A stretch of 64,000 bases of DNA from Acidimicrobiia bacterium UBA5794 (GTDB lineage Bacteria > Actinomycetota > Acidimicrobiia > Spongiisociales > UBA5794), in assembly GCA_002418265.1 (NCBI GenBank), contig DIDS01000032.1, forward strand, positions 76,396 through 140,395, in the 5' to 3' direction. Position numbers and translations under genes: made by a program. Under the pieces are notes generated by a model. The model ran no database searches and was not told where the DNA came from. It worked only from the letters and a program-made list of their open reading frames with translations. Below are positions 8,953 through 17,392 of the stretch, piece by piece (the first letter of the stretch is position 1; every line of letters starts with the position of its first letter).

Positions 8953-10185
8953 TCATCGTCCGGCGTTGACCACTCGTTCGATCGCTGTGTAGACGTGCTC
9001 GGACATCTTGGCTTCCTCGGGATCGAGAAGGTTGGCCATGACCTTGAGCGTCCATTCCATCAGTGGCTTTGACCGGAGACCGACGGTCGTCAGCGTCTTC
9101 ATCACCGTTGGGTTGCCGATGGCCCTGACAAACACCCGAGCGACCCGGTGGTAGTCGCCATACACATCCTCAAGTTCGACCGCATAATCGCTCAACGAAC
9201 CACCGGCCGCGGCCGAAGCGACATGCCTTGCGGCCATCCGGCCGGTCTCGTAGGCATAGTCGATGCCCTCACCATTGAACGGGTTCACCGCACCCGATGC
9301 GTCACCCACGAGTAGCCAATTGCGGCCGACCTTCGGTCCGACCGACAGACTCATGGGGAGTTTTCCTCCGATTGGCTTTGTGTGGGGTGTCAGGGAATCA
9401 ACCTTCCAGTGATCTGGCAGCGCCTCCGAGTAGGCCTCGAGGATGTGACTCGTGTTGACATCCTTCCAACCCTTGAACGTCGATACGAGTCCTGCACCCA
9501 CATTGATCTCACCGTCACCGAGCGGGAACACCCACCCATAGCCCGGCATCGCACGCCCCTTCTTGTCCCTGATGTCGAGTTGGCTTTCGATGAACGGATC
9601 GTCCGAGTTCGGACTCTCATAGTACGCACGGATGGCAAGCCCATAGGGATAGTCCCGTCGACGGCTCGCCCCCAGACTCCGGCCAAACTGGGAGTTCGAA
9701 CCGTCGGCAATGATCACAAATTCGGGATGAACGACACGACTGCCGTCGTCGGTCATCAGGTTCACGCCGGTGACTGCGTTGTTCTCAAGGATGGGTGTCG
9801 CCGTTGTTCCCTGTTCCACCACGGCGCCCTGTGCCGCGGCGAGCCCAGCCACGGTCCCATCAAGATCGGCTCGACGCATGGTTGCTCCCCAGTTTGGGAA
9901 CACCGAATGCTTGGGCCATGTCAGCTCAATCTCAAGATCGCCTGCATAGGACCGCAGACCGTCGATTCGGTGCAGGTCGAGACCGTCGAAATCGAAGCCC
10001 ATGTCGAGCAGTTGGTGTACGGCCCGCGGTGTGAGACCGTCGCCGCAGGCCTTTTCGCGGGGATAGCGCTTTTTCTCCACGAGGTGAACTTCCAGACCGT
10101 TGCGTGCAAGCCAGTACGCAGCCGATGCACCACCTGGGCCGCCCCCGACGACAAGAACAGATGGTGCAGATGGGAGGGAGGTCAT
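8953..10185 (-). CDS. geranylgeranyl reductase family FAD-dependent oxidoreductase (MenJ-like menaquinone reductase)
   Basis: 410 aa. N-terminal FAD fingerprint VLVVGGGPGGASAAYWLARNG, conserved GDGL, GDASGAVNPFNGEGI block. Confidence 0.85.
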   Translation of the reverse strand: MTSLPSAPSVLVVGGGPGGASAAYWLARNGLEVHLVEKKRYPREKACGDGLTPRAVHQLLDMGFDFDGLDLHRIDGLRSYAGDLEIELTWPKHSVFPNWGATMRRADLDGTVAGLAAAQGAVVEQGTTATPILENNAVTGVNLMTDDGSRVVHPEFVIIADGSNSQFGRSLGASRRRDYPYGLAIRAYYESPNSDDPFIESQLDIRDKKGRAMPGYGWVFPLGDGEINVGAGLVSTFKGWKDVNTSHILEAYSEALPDHWKVDSLTPHTKPIGGKLPMSLSVGPKVGRNWLLVGDASGAVNPFNGEGIDYAYETGRMAARHVASAAAGGSLSDYAVELEDVYGDYHRVARVFVRAIGNPTVMKTLTTVGLRSKPLMEWTLKVMANLLDPEEAKMSEHVYTAIERVVNAGR

Positions 10186-10204
10186 GTGATGAGGGTAATG
10201 AGGG

Positions 10205-10240
10205 GAAGTCAGAAGTCAGAAGTCAGAAGTCAGAAGTCAG
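10205..10240. repeat. (AGAAGTC)5 perfect heptanucleotide tandem repeat
   Basis: gaagtcagaagtcagaagtcagaagtcagaagtcagaa sits in the 61-nt gap between the reductase start and the stop of the repeat-bearing cytochrome c gene. Confidence 0.9.
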
Positions 10241-10246
10241 AAAGCT

Positions 10247-11704
10247 CTATCCCGCGGCTTCTACCGTGGCACCGTCGGTGGAGTCGGCGCCGTCGTCGGT
10301 GAACCCGCAGTCGGCTTCGGCCTCGGCGAGGTCTTCGCCACCGAATTGGACACGCTCATACAGCGCAACCTCGGCAATCTGGGTTTCGTCGAGTGTCGAA
10401 CCAAACGCCGGCATCAAGCCAAATCCCCCGACGGGTTTCGCGTTGGCTCCGTACGTCGGATCGGGCCAACCACTCGTACCGAGGGTGATCCACTCGATCT
10501 GATCTGCGCACGAGCCTGCCGGGAACGTTGTGAGGATCCCACCATCGGTAAAGGCGGGTCCTGCACCACCGGATCCGTCAGCGCCATGGCAAGCCTGGCA
10601 CTGTGCATAGACGGCGGCACCATTACCAAAGTAATCGGCAGTCGAAGTGCCATAGGCAGATCCATCGCAGTTGACGGCATTGCCCGTGACCGGATTGACG
10701 AGGAGTTGTCCTGATGTTCCACATTGGGGTCCGTTTGGTGAGATCAGGATGTAGGTCACGGCGAGGAGTGGAATGATCAGGAATGCTGCCGTGAGCCAAG
10801 CGGGATATCGACCGATCTTGGTACTCGGTGCCTCGACATCCTCCTCCACAATGTCTCCACCGATTGGTTCGATGATCTCGATTTCGTGGGATGTCGAGGA
10901 TGCGTCAGTGTCGGTGTCGGCAGGTTCAGAATCAGCCGGCTGGGTTGTCTTGACTTGATCGACGGGAGCGGGTTTCGCGGCAGACTCGGTTGACGCGACC
11001 GTTGCGGGATCGATCCCTGCCCACTCGGCGAGGACCGCCTCGAGGGACTCACCGGTCTTTTTGGCCCGTGCCTCAGCTGAACGCTTTGCGAGTGCTGCAG
11101 GCATCCCTTTGGCTTCGGCGACCTTGTCCAACAGCTCATCCATTCCTATCCCGCCGAGCGCCGCAGCGGCTACCGGTGCTGCGGCTGGTGAGGCTGGAGC
11201 CACAGGCTCGGATTCCGCTGCCGGTTGGTCGTCTGTCGCCGGTGCTCGGTCGTCGGGTTCCGGTGGTCGGGCTTCGGTCGTTGCTGCGGCCTGTTGCTTC
11301 AATTCATCAAGATCAACACCAGCCCATCCCGCGAGGACCTCATCGAGCGGTGTCCCTGAATGCTCGGCCCTGGCCCTTCCCGAACTCAGGATCAGCTTGG
11401 GTGGCATCCTCTTGGCATCGGCCGCCAGCTGGATCAAGTAGTCGGTCGTCACTTCACCCGGCACCCCCGATTCATCGGCAGGTTCATCGGCAGGTTCATC
11501 GGCGGGCGACGGAGAGGCTTCAGCAGGAGTCGAAGGCTCAGGTTCTGGCGGGACATCTTCGGCAGATACCTCAACGCCAGCCCACTCGGCCAGCACGGCC
11601 TCAAGCGTCATGCCCTCCTTCTCGGCCCGAGCCTCGGCAGATCGCTTCACGAGTGATGCCGGCATCCCACGAATCTCGGCGACCTGGTTGAGGAGTTCTT
11701 CCAT
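10247..11704 (-). CDS. membrane-anchored class I cytochrome c with three N-terminal cytoplasmic ~45-aa repeats
   Basis: 485 aa. Three copies of a KRSAEARAxKxGxxLEAVLAEWAG-type repeat. PADEPADEPADE acidic linker (12-nt DNA tandem repeat at 11471..11506). Single TM (AWLTAAFLIIPLLAVTYILI). C-terminal haem-binding CQACH domain. Confidence 0.7.
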   Translation of the reverse strand: MEELLNQVAEIRGMPASLVKRSAEARAEKEGMTLEAVLAEWAGVEVSAEDVPPEPEPSTPAEASPSPADEPADEPADESGVPGEVTTDYLIQLAADAKRMPPKLILSSGRARAEHSGTPLDEVLAGWAGVDLDELKQQAAATTEARPPEPDDRAPATDDQPAAESEPVAPASPAAAPVAAAALGGIGMDELLDKVAEAKGMPAALAKRSAEARAKKTGESLEAVLAEWAGIDPATVASTESAAKPAPVDQVKTTQPADSEPADTDTDASSTSHEIEIIEPIGGDIVEEDVEAPSTKIGRYPAWLTAAFLIIPLLAVTYILISPNGPQCGTSGQLLVNPVTGNAVNCDGSAYGTSTADYFGNGAAVYAQCQACHGADGSGGAGPAFTDGGILTTFPAGSCADQIEWITLGTSGWPDPTYGANAKPVGGFGLMPAFGSTLDETQIAEVALYERVQFGGEDLAEAEADCGFTDDGADSTDGATVEAAG

Positions 11705-11708
11705 CGCT

Positions 11709-13694
11709 CTACCTCAGCGTCTCGATGTAGCTGACCAACGCATCCATGTCGGCGTCAGATAGATATGAATACGACGGCATCGTTGACCAATCTCTCGAAA
11801 TCCGTGGATCGTTCAGATGCGCCTTGAGCCATCCAGAGTTGAAACCTTCCGAGCTTGCAACATGCATGACGTCGGGGCCAACTCTGAGGTGGCCGAGGAG
11901 GGCGGGGTTTTCGTGGACATAGTCTCCTGCGATGCTGACCGGTCCGAGCCCCACGTCTGTACCGACCGGTCGAACCGATTGTGTGTGGCATTCGCCGCAA
12001 CCTTCAGAGATGTAGATGTTTCGACCAGCGAGTTCAGTTGAACCGGCCGGGTATATGCGCGCCTCATCACCGAGGATTGTCGGTTCTGTATTCGCCGGAT
12101 CGATTGCGGGGAATGCCCCTGTGAGCAAGGCTGCTGCGATCCACACCGACGCGGCTCCCCACGCCAACCGCTTCCAGCTCGGCGCAATGACATCACCCTC
12201 AAACTCAAGGTCATAATCGATCGCACCGTCGCCGGTGCCGACCGATGTGGCATTGCCTTTCCCAAGCCGGGAGAAGGCGAACACGATCTGGGCTGCCGCA
12301 AACAACAGGAGGGAAACGGCCGTGATCCAAAGGAACGGCTCCATCGAAACTGTCGTGATTTCCCATGCACTCCCGTTGTTGGCGAAGGATCCGCTCGCCG
12401 GTCCGGAGGCCCACGAAAATCCAGCAACGACACCCCCAGCGATGGTTCCGAATGCCACGCCCGTGAGTCCAGCCACTGACCAGCTGAAGTGAAGTGGGCT
12501 ACCGGATCTGCTGCCGCCTCGGATGATCGAGTGGGTGGCGAACAAAGCAAATGAGCCGATACCGAGGACTACAAGGAGGTCCTTTGCTTGGCTGAAGCTC
12601 GTCGATTGAACAATTGCACTCGTGGAACGGAATGTGAGGAGCACGTTGACCATGGTCACAGCGCCGAGAGCCACGAACGCGACGGTTGCGTACCGCAACG
12701 TCGCGCGGTCGGCAATCCGTGTCACAGATCCATTCAGCATCAAACCCAGATCTGTTGCGATGGCCAGCAGCGGTACGAATGCCGTGATCGCCAATCCAGC
12801 ACCAAGAGTCTCATACCAATCGGGTGCCGCGGAGAACATGAGGCCCGTTGCACTCATGGAACCCCAAACCAACGCAAGTGACCAGAACCCGATTGCCCCG
12901 AGCGGGCGTGGAGCGCTCGGGTCCGTCCCTGTGAGCGACGTCGCCGCAAAGTAGATGAGCCCGACGCTTGTGACGATCACAAACAGACCGGTGATGCTCG
13001 CCGATGCAAAAGCCGTTTGGACCGAGCCACCGATTCCGTCCATGGGAGGGACCAGGCTGACCGCACTCGACAAAGCAAGCCACCAAGCGCCAGCGGTCAG
13101 ATACCAGCCGGTTGCCCCGAGTCTGTTCCTCGCAGCCATCGCTGTTGAAGCAATGGAGATCGCGGCGAGGATGAATCCGACGACCGTGATGGCTCGTGCC
13201 CATAATGGGGCTTCGAAGCCAGCGATTCCGGATTGCAGGCCGACGATGATCCCGATCGCGCCACCGAGCGTTCCAACGACGATGAGAAGCAGTGAAGCCG
13301 TTGAAAGTGCTGAACGCTTGATGTCGGTCTGGGTCGACCGCGAGATGGCAAACAGCGATGCACCGAGAAGGCCAGCAATGATCCAGCCATTCATCAAGAG
13401 GGTGCGGCCCGCCGGTGCGAGTCGTCCCGGCGACGTCGCGGCCGATCCGGAGAAAAGATCGGGAAGCACGCCCTGGAGCGCGGCGATGCCTGCCAGGATG
13501 AGTCCGAGGATCAGGAAAGCGGCTGCGACCATCAGGAACCGTTTCGCGGTGACCGAATCGGTCGTCGTCGACTCTCCCGTTGGAGTGTCTATGGTCGGAG
13601 TTTCCGCGGTCACGCTGGGGGCTTCCTCCTGCATACGGTGTGTTGCCCTGCCGACTTTCGGCCGTCGCAACTCTAGCCGTGCGACGGAGGTCAC
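11709..13694 (-). CDS. polytopic membrane protein fused to a C-terminal CcoO-like monohaem cytochrome c domain
   Basis: 661 aa with >=12 predicted TM helices, followed by a domain with the cbb3 CcoO-like signature YISEGCGECHTQSVRP. The membrane domain has almost no histidines, so it is not a catalytic haem-copper oxidase subunit I. Confidence 0.65.
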   Translation of the reverse strand: MTSVARLELRRPKVGRATHRMQEEAPSVTAETPTIDTPTGESTTTDSVTAKRFLMVAAAFLILGLILAGIAALQGVLPDLFSGSAATSPGRLAPAGRTLLMNGWIIAGLLGASLFAISRSTQTDIKRSALSTASLLLIVVGTLGGAIGIIVGLQSGIAGFEAPLWARAITVVGFILAAISIASTAMAARNRLGATGWYLTAGAWWLALSSAVSLVPPMDGIGGSVQTAFASASITGLFVIVTSVGLIYFAATSLTGTDPSAPRPLGAIGFWSLALVWGSMSATGLMFSAAPDWYETLGAGLAITAFVPLLAIATDLGLMLNGSVTRIADRATLRYATVAFVALGAVTMVNVLLTFRSTSAIVQSTSFSQAKDLLVVLGIGSFALFATHSIIRGGSRSGSPLHFSWSVAGLTGVAFGTIAGGVVAGFSWASGPASGSFANNGSAWEITTVSMEPFLWITAVSLLLFAAAQIVFAFSRLGKGNATSVGTGDGAIDYDLEFEGDVIAPSWKRLAWGAASVWIAAALLTGAFPAIDPANTEPTILGDEARIYPAGSTELAGRNIYISEGCGECHTQSVRPVGTDVGLGPVSIAGDYVHENPALLGHLRVGPDVMHVASSEGFNSGWLKAHLNDPRISRDWSTMPSYSYLSDADMDALVSYIETLR

Positions 13695-13809
13695 ATGTAT
13701 TCCGCCGGCTTGCTGGCCAGCAGGGCATTCGAGGACAGGTAGCCGATGCTGTTCATGATTGGTGAGTGATCGCGGAGCATTACAATGACGCCATCACGAA
13801 GGAACACGG

Positions 13810-14394
13810 TTGAACGAACGCAGACGACTTGTCATCGGATATCTCGCGATCCTCGTCGGGATCGCTACGACGATCCTTGCTTCCGTGGGTGTACACATGT
13901 CGGAAGCCCCCGAGTTCGATGAATTCGGCAAGGCCCTTTATTCGTTCATGCCACGGGGTTGGGTGATCGTGACGTTCTTCCAATCCGTCGCGCTCTGCGG
14001 TGTCCTTCTGGCGATGGCTGGTGCGACGTTCGGGTTCATCTACAAGCGACCGCTCACCTGGGCGCGAGCGATGCTCGGAGCCGTCCTCTTTTCTGCTTTG
14101 ATGATGATTCTGTTCGCGGTCATCCCGAACCAATTCCTCACTCTCGCGCAGTCTACACTTGAGTGGACTCCGCAGAAGGTCTTCGTGACCATTCCGCCGA
14201 TTCTTGTGCTCAACAACACCGTGGAGATTTCGTACGCTGCTCTGAAGGACATGATCTCGGCGGGTTATGTCACAACGATGCTCATCGTCATAGCAATCGT
14301 CATGTACCAGATCCAAGAGCGGGCGAAAAGAACAGACGTGCCGAAGCCAGCCCCGGTTTCGGACTACGGACGACCAATGCGATTGGAGCGCTGA
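13810..14394 (+). CDS. integral membrane protein, first gene of the b6c-type operon
   Basis: 194 aa with 4-5 predicted TM helices. Stop overlaps the start of the next gene (TGATG). No recognised family. Confidence 0.5.
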   Translation: MNERRRLVIGYLAILVGIATTILASVGVHMSEAPEFDEFGKALYSFMPRGWVIVTFFQSVALCGVLLAMAGATFGFIYKRPLTWARAMLGAVLFSALMMILFAVIPNQFLTLAQSTLEWTPQKVFVTIPPILVLNNTVEISYAALKDMISAGYVTTMLIVIAIVMYQIQERAKRTDVPKPAPVSDYGRPMRLER

Positions 14395-14837
14395 TGGCCA
14401 AAGAAGCCTGGCTCGAAACCCCGCCAATCCGCGATGACTATCAACTTGCCATTGTGGATACGGCATACATGACTGCTGCCGTCAAGCCAAAGCAGTTCAT
14501 TCACATCAATGAATCAGAGTGCATCCTCTGTGCCGGTTGTGTGGACATCTGCCCGTGGAAATGCATCCACTTCCTCACTCCCGACATCGTGACGGAAACG
14601 TTCGGTGTTGAACATCCAAGTGCCAAGGAAGAGAACGGAGCATTGTTCCTGATTGACGACACGGAATGCACACGGTGCAAACTATGCATCGATCGCTGCC
14701 CAACGAACGTGATCACGATCGGAAAGTTCGGCGGGTCCGTTGCGGATCAGGTCAGTGAATACGACTCAGCGCCATGGGAATACGACACGGGTGCCAGAGA
14801 CACCAAGAGCGGTGTCGCGTATGGTGTTCGCTGGTAG
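14394..14837 (+). CDS. 2x[4Fe-4S] ferredoxin
   Basis: 147 aa from the internal ATG overlapping the upstream stop. Two CxxCxxCxxxCP clusters (CILCAGCVDICP, CTRCKLCIDRCP). Confidence 0.7.
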   Translation: MAKEAWLETPPIRDDYQLAIVDTAYMTAAVKPKQFIHINESECILCAGCVDICPWKCIHFLTPDIVTETFGVEHPSAKEENGALFLIDDTECTRCKLCIDRCPTNVITIGKFGGSVADQVSEYDSAPWEYDTGARDTKSGVAYGVRW

Positions 14838-14840
14838 GGA

Positions 14841-15638
14841 TTGAGAAGGAGAAAGACGCACGTGGCAGACGGGAACGGGAAAGGCGGAGTACTCACCGCT
14901 GTGAAGGGGATGGGTACCCATCTTCGCAATTCCCAGGTGTGGAACTCGATCTTTCGGCCCGGCTCTCCCGCGCGAGCAGACAGCACCGATTCTCCGAGGA
15001 ACCGCGCCTACGTGGTGATGAACAATGTGCTGTACCACCTTCACCCGGTGAAGGTGAAGCGTCACGGGTTGAAGGTTTCGTATGTGCTGTGTCTCGGCGG
15101 ATTGAGTTTCTTCCTTTTCATCATCCTCACCGTGACCGGCATCTTCTTGATGTTCTACTACCGACCCACCTCGCCAGCGGCATACTTTGATCTCCAAGCT
15201 CTTGCAACCGACGTTGCATTCGGTCAGCTGGTGCGCAACATGCATCGATGGGGTGCTCACCTCATGGTCATCACCGTGTTCCTCCACATGACGCGCGTGT
15301 TCTATCACGGTGCATACAAACCGCCCCGCGAGTTCAACTGGGTGGTCGGCATCATCCTCCTGCTGTTGACACTTCTCCTGTCGTTCACCGGCTACCTCCT
15401 GCCATGGGATCAGCTTGCATTGTGGGCGGTCACTGTCGGCTCGAACATGGGCGCCTATGCACCGGTTTTCGGTGAGCAAGTGTCCTTCATCCTTGTGGGA
15501 GGGGTGCAGATCACTGCCGACACACTGTTGCGTTTTTATGTCCTCCATGTCCTCTTCCTTCCGTTTGTCATCGTCATCTTCATGGCCGTCCACTTCTGGC
15601 GGGTCCGTAAAGATGGCGGCATATCAGGACCCCTGTAA
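14841..15638 (+). CDS. petB: cytochrome b6-type (short, 4-helix) cytochrome b
   Basis: 265 aa. Colinear with b6 over blocks [31 protein letters not shown] and [15 protein letters not shown], ending in the b6-type ISGPL C-terminus. All four haem-ligating His are in place. ~50-aa N-terminal extension (alternative start at 14910). Confidence 0.85.
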   Translation: MRRRKTHVADGNGKGGVLTAVKGMGTHLRNSQVWNSIFRPGSPARADSTDSPRNRAYVVMNNVLYHLHPVKVKRHGLKVSYVLCLGGLSFFLFIILTVTGIFLMFYYRPTSPAAYFDLQALATDVAFGQLVRNMHRWGAHLMVITVFLHMTRVFYHGAYKPPREFNWVVGIILLLLTLLLSFTGYLLPWDQLALWAVTVGSNMGAYAPVFGEQVSFILVGGVQITADTLLRFYVLHVLFLPFVIVIFMAVHFWRVRKDGGISGPL

Positions 15639-15647
15639 GGAGATCGT

Positions 15648-16547
15648 GTGGCACAGCTACCAGAGAATCTCCTGAGGCGTGCAGCCGAGGCGAGAGCAAA
15701 AGCCGAAGGCATCCCAGTCGAGGAGGCGTTGGCTGAGATGAAAGGTGAAGCACCACCGGCTGGCGCCGACGCCGCCGCTCCTTCGGCCGGGGCACCGGCA
15801 CCCGTTGCCGCCTCTGGCGGGCCGGTTCGGGATCTCGACGCAGAATCGTCGAAGTTCGGTGTGCCACGACCGCTCCTCGACCGTGGCATGCGCGCACGAG
15901 CCCGAAAGGACGGAACCGCGGTACCGGCAATGGCGGGCGCGGCTGTAGCCGCTAGCCCTGCCGCCGGCAAAGCCGCTCCTGCTGCCCCTGCTGCGCCAGG
16001 TGGTCCACCTCCCGCTGCAGGTCCTCCTCCAGGGGTGCGTACGCAGCGCCTCCTGACCGTCGTCAAAGCAGGAGCCATCCAAGGAACGACGAAAGAGCCC
16101 CAGGACAAGGTCAACGTGTGGCCACATCTGCTCGCCATCGAGTTTGTCGCACTCTTGGCAATGCTTGCGCTACTCACATTGATGTCTGCATTCATCGACG
16201 CACCACTGCTTGAATTCGCAAACTTCAACCAGCAGCCGAACCCGTCGAAGGCACCGTGGTACTTCCTCGGCCTCCAGGAGTTGCTCGCATACTTCGACCC
16301 TCAGGTCGCAGGCGTCCTGCTACCCACGTTCGGCATGATTGCGTTGATGTTCATTCCCTACGTGGACCGGAACCCATCCGTCCGCCCGTCCGATCGCAAG
16401 CTCGCGTTCTCGATCTTCACGGTCTTTTTCATGGCTGCCTCGATCCTCACCATTTTCGGATCATTCTTCCGAGGACCGGGGTTCAACTTTGTGTTCCCAT
16501 GGCGCGATGGCATATTCTTTGACGACTTAAAGACGTTACTCGAATGA
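15648..16547 (+). CDS. petD: cytochrome b6f subunit IV-like (C-terminal half of split cytochrome b) with repeat-bearing N-terminal extension
   Basis: 299 aa, GTG start preceded by AAGGAG. C-terminal 150 aa carry the PEWY-box equivalent APWYFLGLQELL and three TM helices. N-terminal ~150 aa contain two copies of the AEARAKxxG repeat also seen in the 10247..11704 protein. Confidence 0.8.
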   Translation: MAQLPENLLRRAAEARAKAEGIPVEEALAEMKGEAPPAGADAAAPSAGAPAPVAASGGPVRDLDAESSKFGVPRPLLDRGMRARARKDGTAVPAMAGAAVAASPAAGKAAPAAPAAPGGPPPAAGPPPGVRTQRLLTVVKAGAIQGTTKEPQDKVNVWPHLLAIEFVALLAMLALLTLMSAFIDAPLLEFANFNQQPNPSKAPWYFLGLQELLAYFDPQVAGVLLPTFGMIALMFIPYVDRNPSVRPSDRKLAFSIFTVFFMAASILTIFGSFFRGPGFNFVFPWRDGIFFDDLKTLLE

Positions 16548-17392
16548 CCACGACCACCTTCATCCTCATCCTGATTGGCGCTGGCGTTGTTGCCCTGGCC
16601 GGCATCATTGTTGTCGCTGCGCGCCGATCCGAATCGGAGGGTGCCGCAACCCCAGCCGAGCTGGATCGGAAGGCGGTCAAGGCTGATCGTGCTCGTCGGG
16701 CGAGACTTGCCGAGGCCCAGGCCGAAGGCGGAAACGGTGGTGGCGTTGCGACGATGGTCGCCGCTCCTGCCGAGTTCGACGATGATCCTCCCAAACAGGA
16801 GATCTCCTCCGAGGAATACGGCGTCACCCGTCGCAAGTTCTTCAATCGTGCGCTTACCGCTGTGTTCGGTCTCTTCATGTTGCAGTTTACGCTCGCGAGC
16901 CTTGCGTTCATGTGGCCAAAGCTCAAAGGTGGCTTCGGAACACCCATCAATGCTGGCAAGGTCTCCGATCTCAAGGCTGAGGTCCTCGTTGCTGGTTCTC
17001 TCGTGCCCAAGTTCGTGCCACCAGCCCAGGCGTGGATCGTTCCATTCGAGATGTCGAAACTCAAAGGCTCCTCGTTTGAATCGGTTCCCTTTGTGGTCGC
17101 TGGGGGTGAATCGGACGGTGTCGGTCTCATGGCGCTGTGGCAACGCTGCGTCCACCTTGGGTGTCGGGTTCCTTCATGTGAGTCATCCCAGGGTTTCGAA
17201 TGTCCGTGTCATGGATCCAAATACAACGGTCACGGAGAGTATTCACAGGGACCTGCCCCACGAAATCTCGACCGCTTTGGCGTGTCGGTCAACGACGCTG
17301 GCGAACTGATCGTCGAGACCGGCAACATCGTCCAAACCTCTCGGTCCAAGCACTTCACGATCCTGTATCCCCAAGGGCCCTTCTGTGTTTGA
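16544..17392 (+). CDS. petC: Rieske [2Fe-2S] protein
   Basis: 282 aa. Box I CVHLGC and box II CPCHGS. N-terminal TM plus an internal twin-arginine-like RRKFFNRAL. ATGA start overlaps the upstream stop. Confidence 0.85.
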   Translation: MTTTTFILILIGAGVVALAGIIVVAARRSESEGAATPAELDRKAVKADRARRARLAEAQAEGGNGGGVATMVAAPAEFDDDPPKQEISSEEYGVTRRKFFNRALTAVFGLFMLQFTLASLAFMWPKLKGGFGTPINAGKVSDLKAEVLVAGSLVPKFVPPAQAWIVPFEMSKLKGSSFESVPFVVAGGESDGVGLMALWQRCVHLGCRVPSCESSQGFECPCHGSKYNGHGEYSQGPAPRNLDRFGVSVNDAGELIVETGNIVQTSRSKHFTILYPQGPFCV

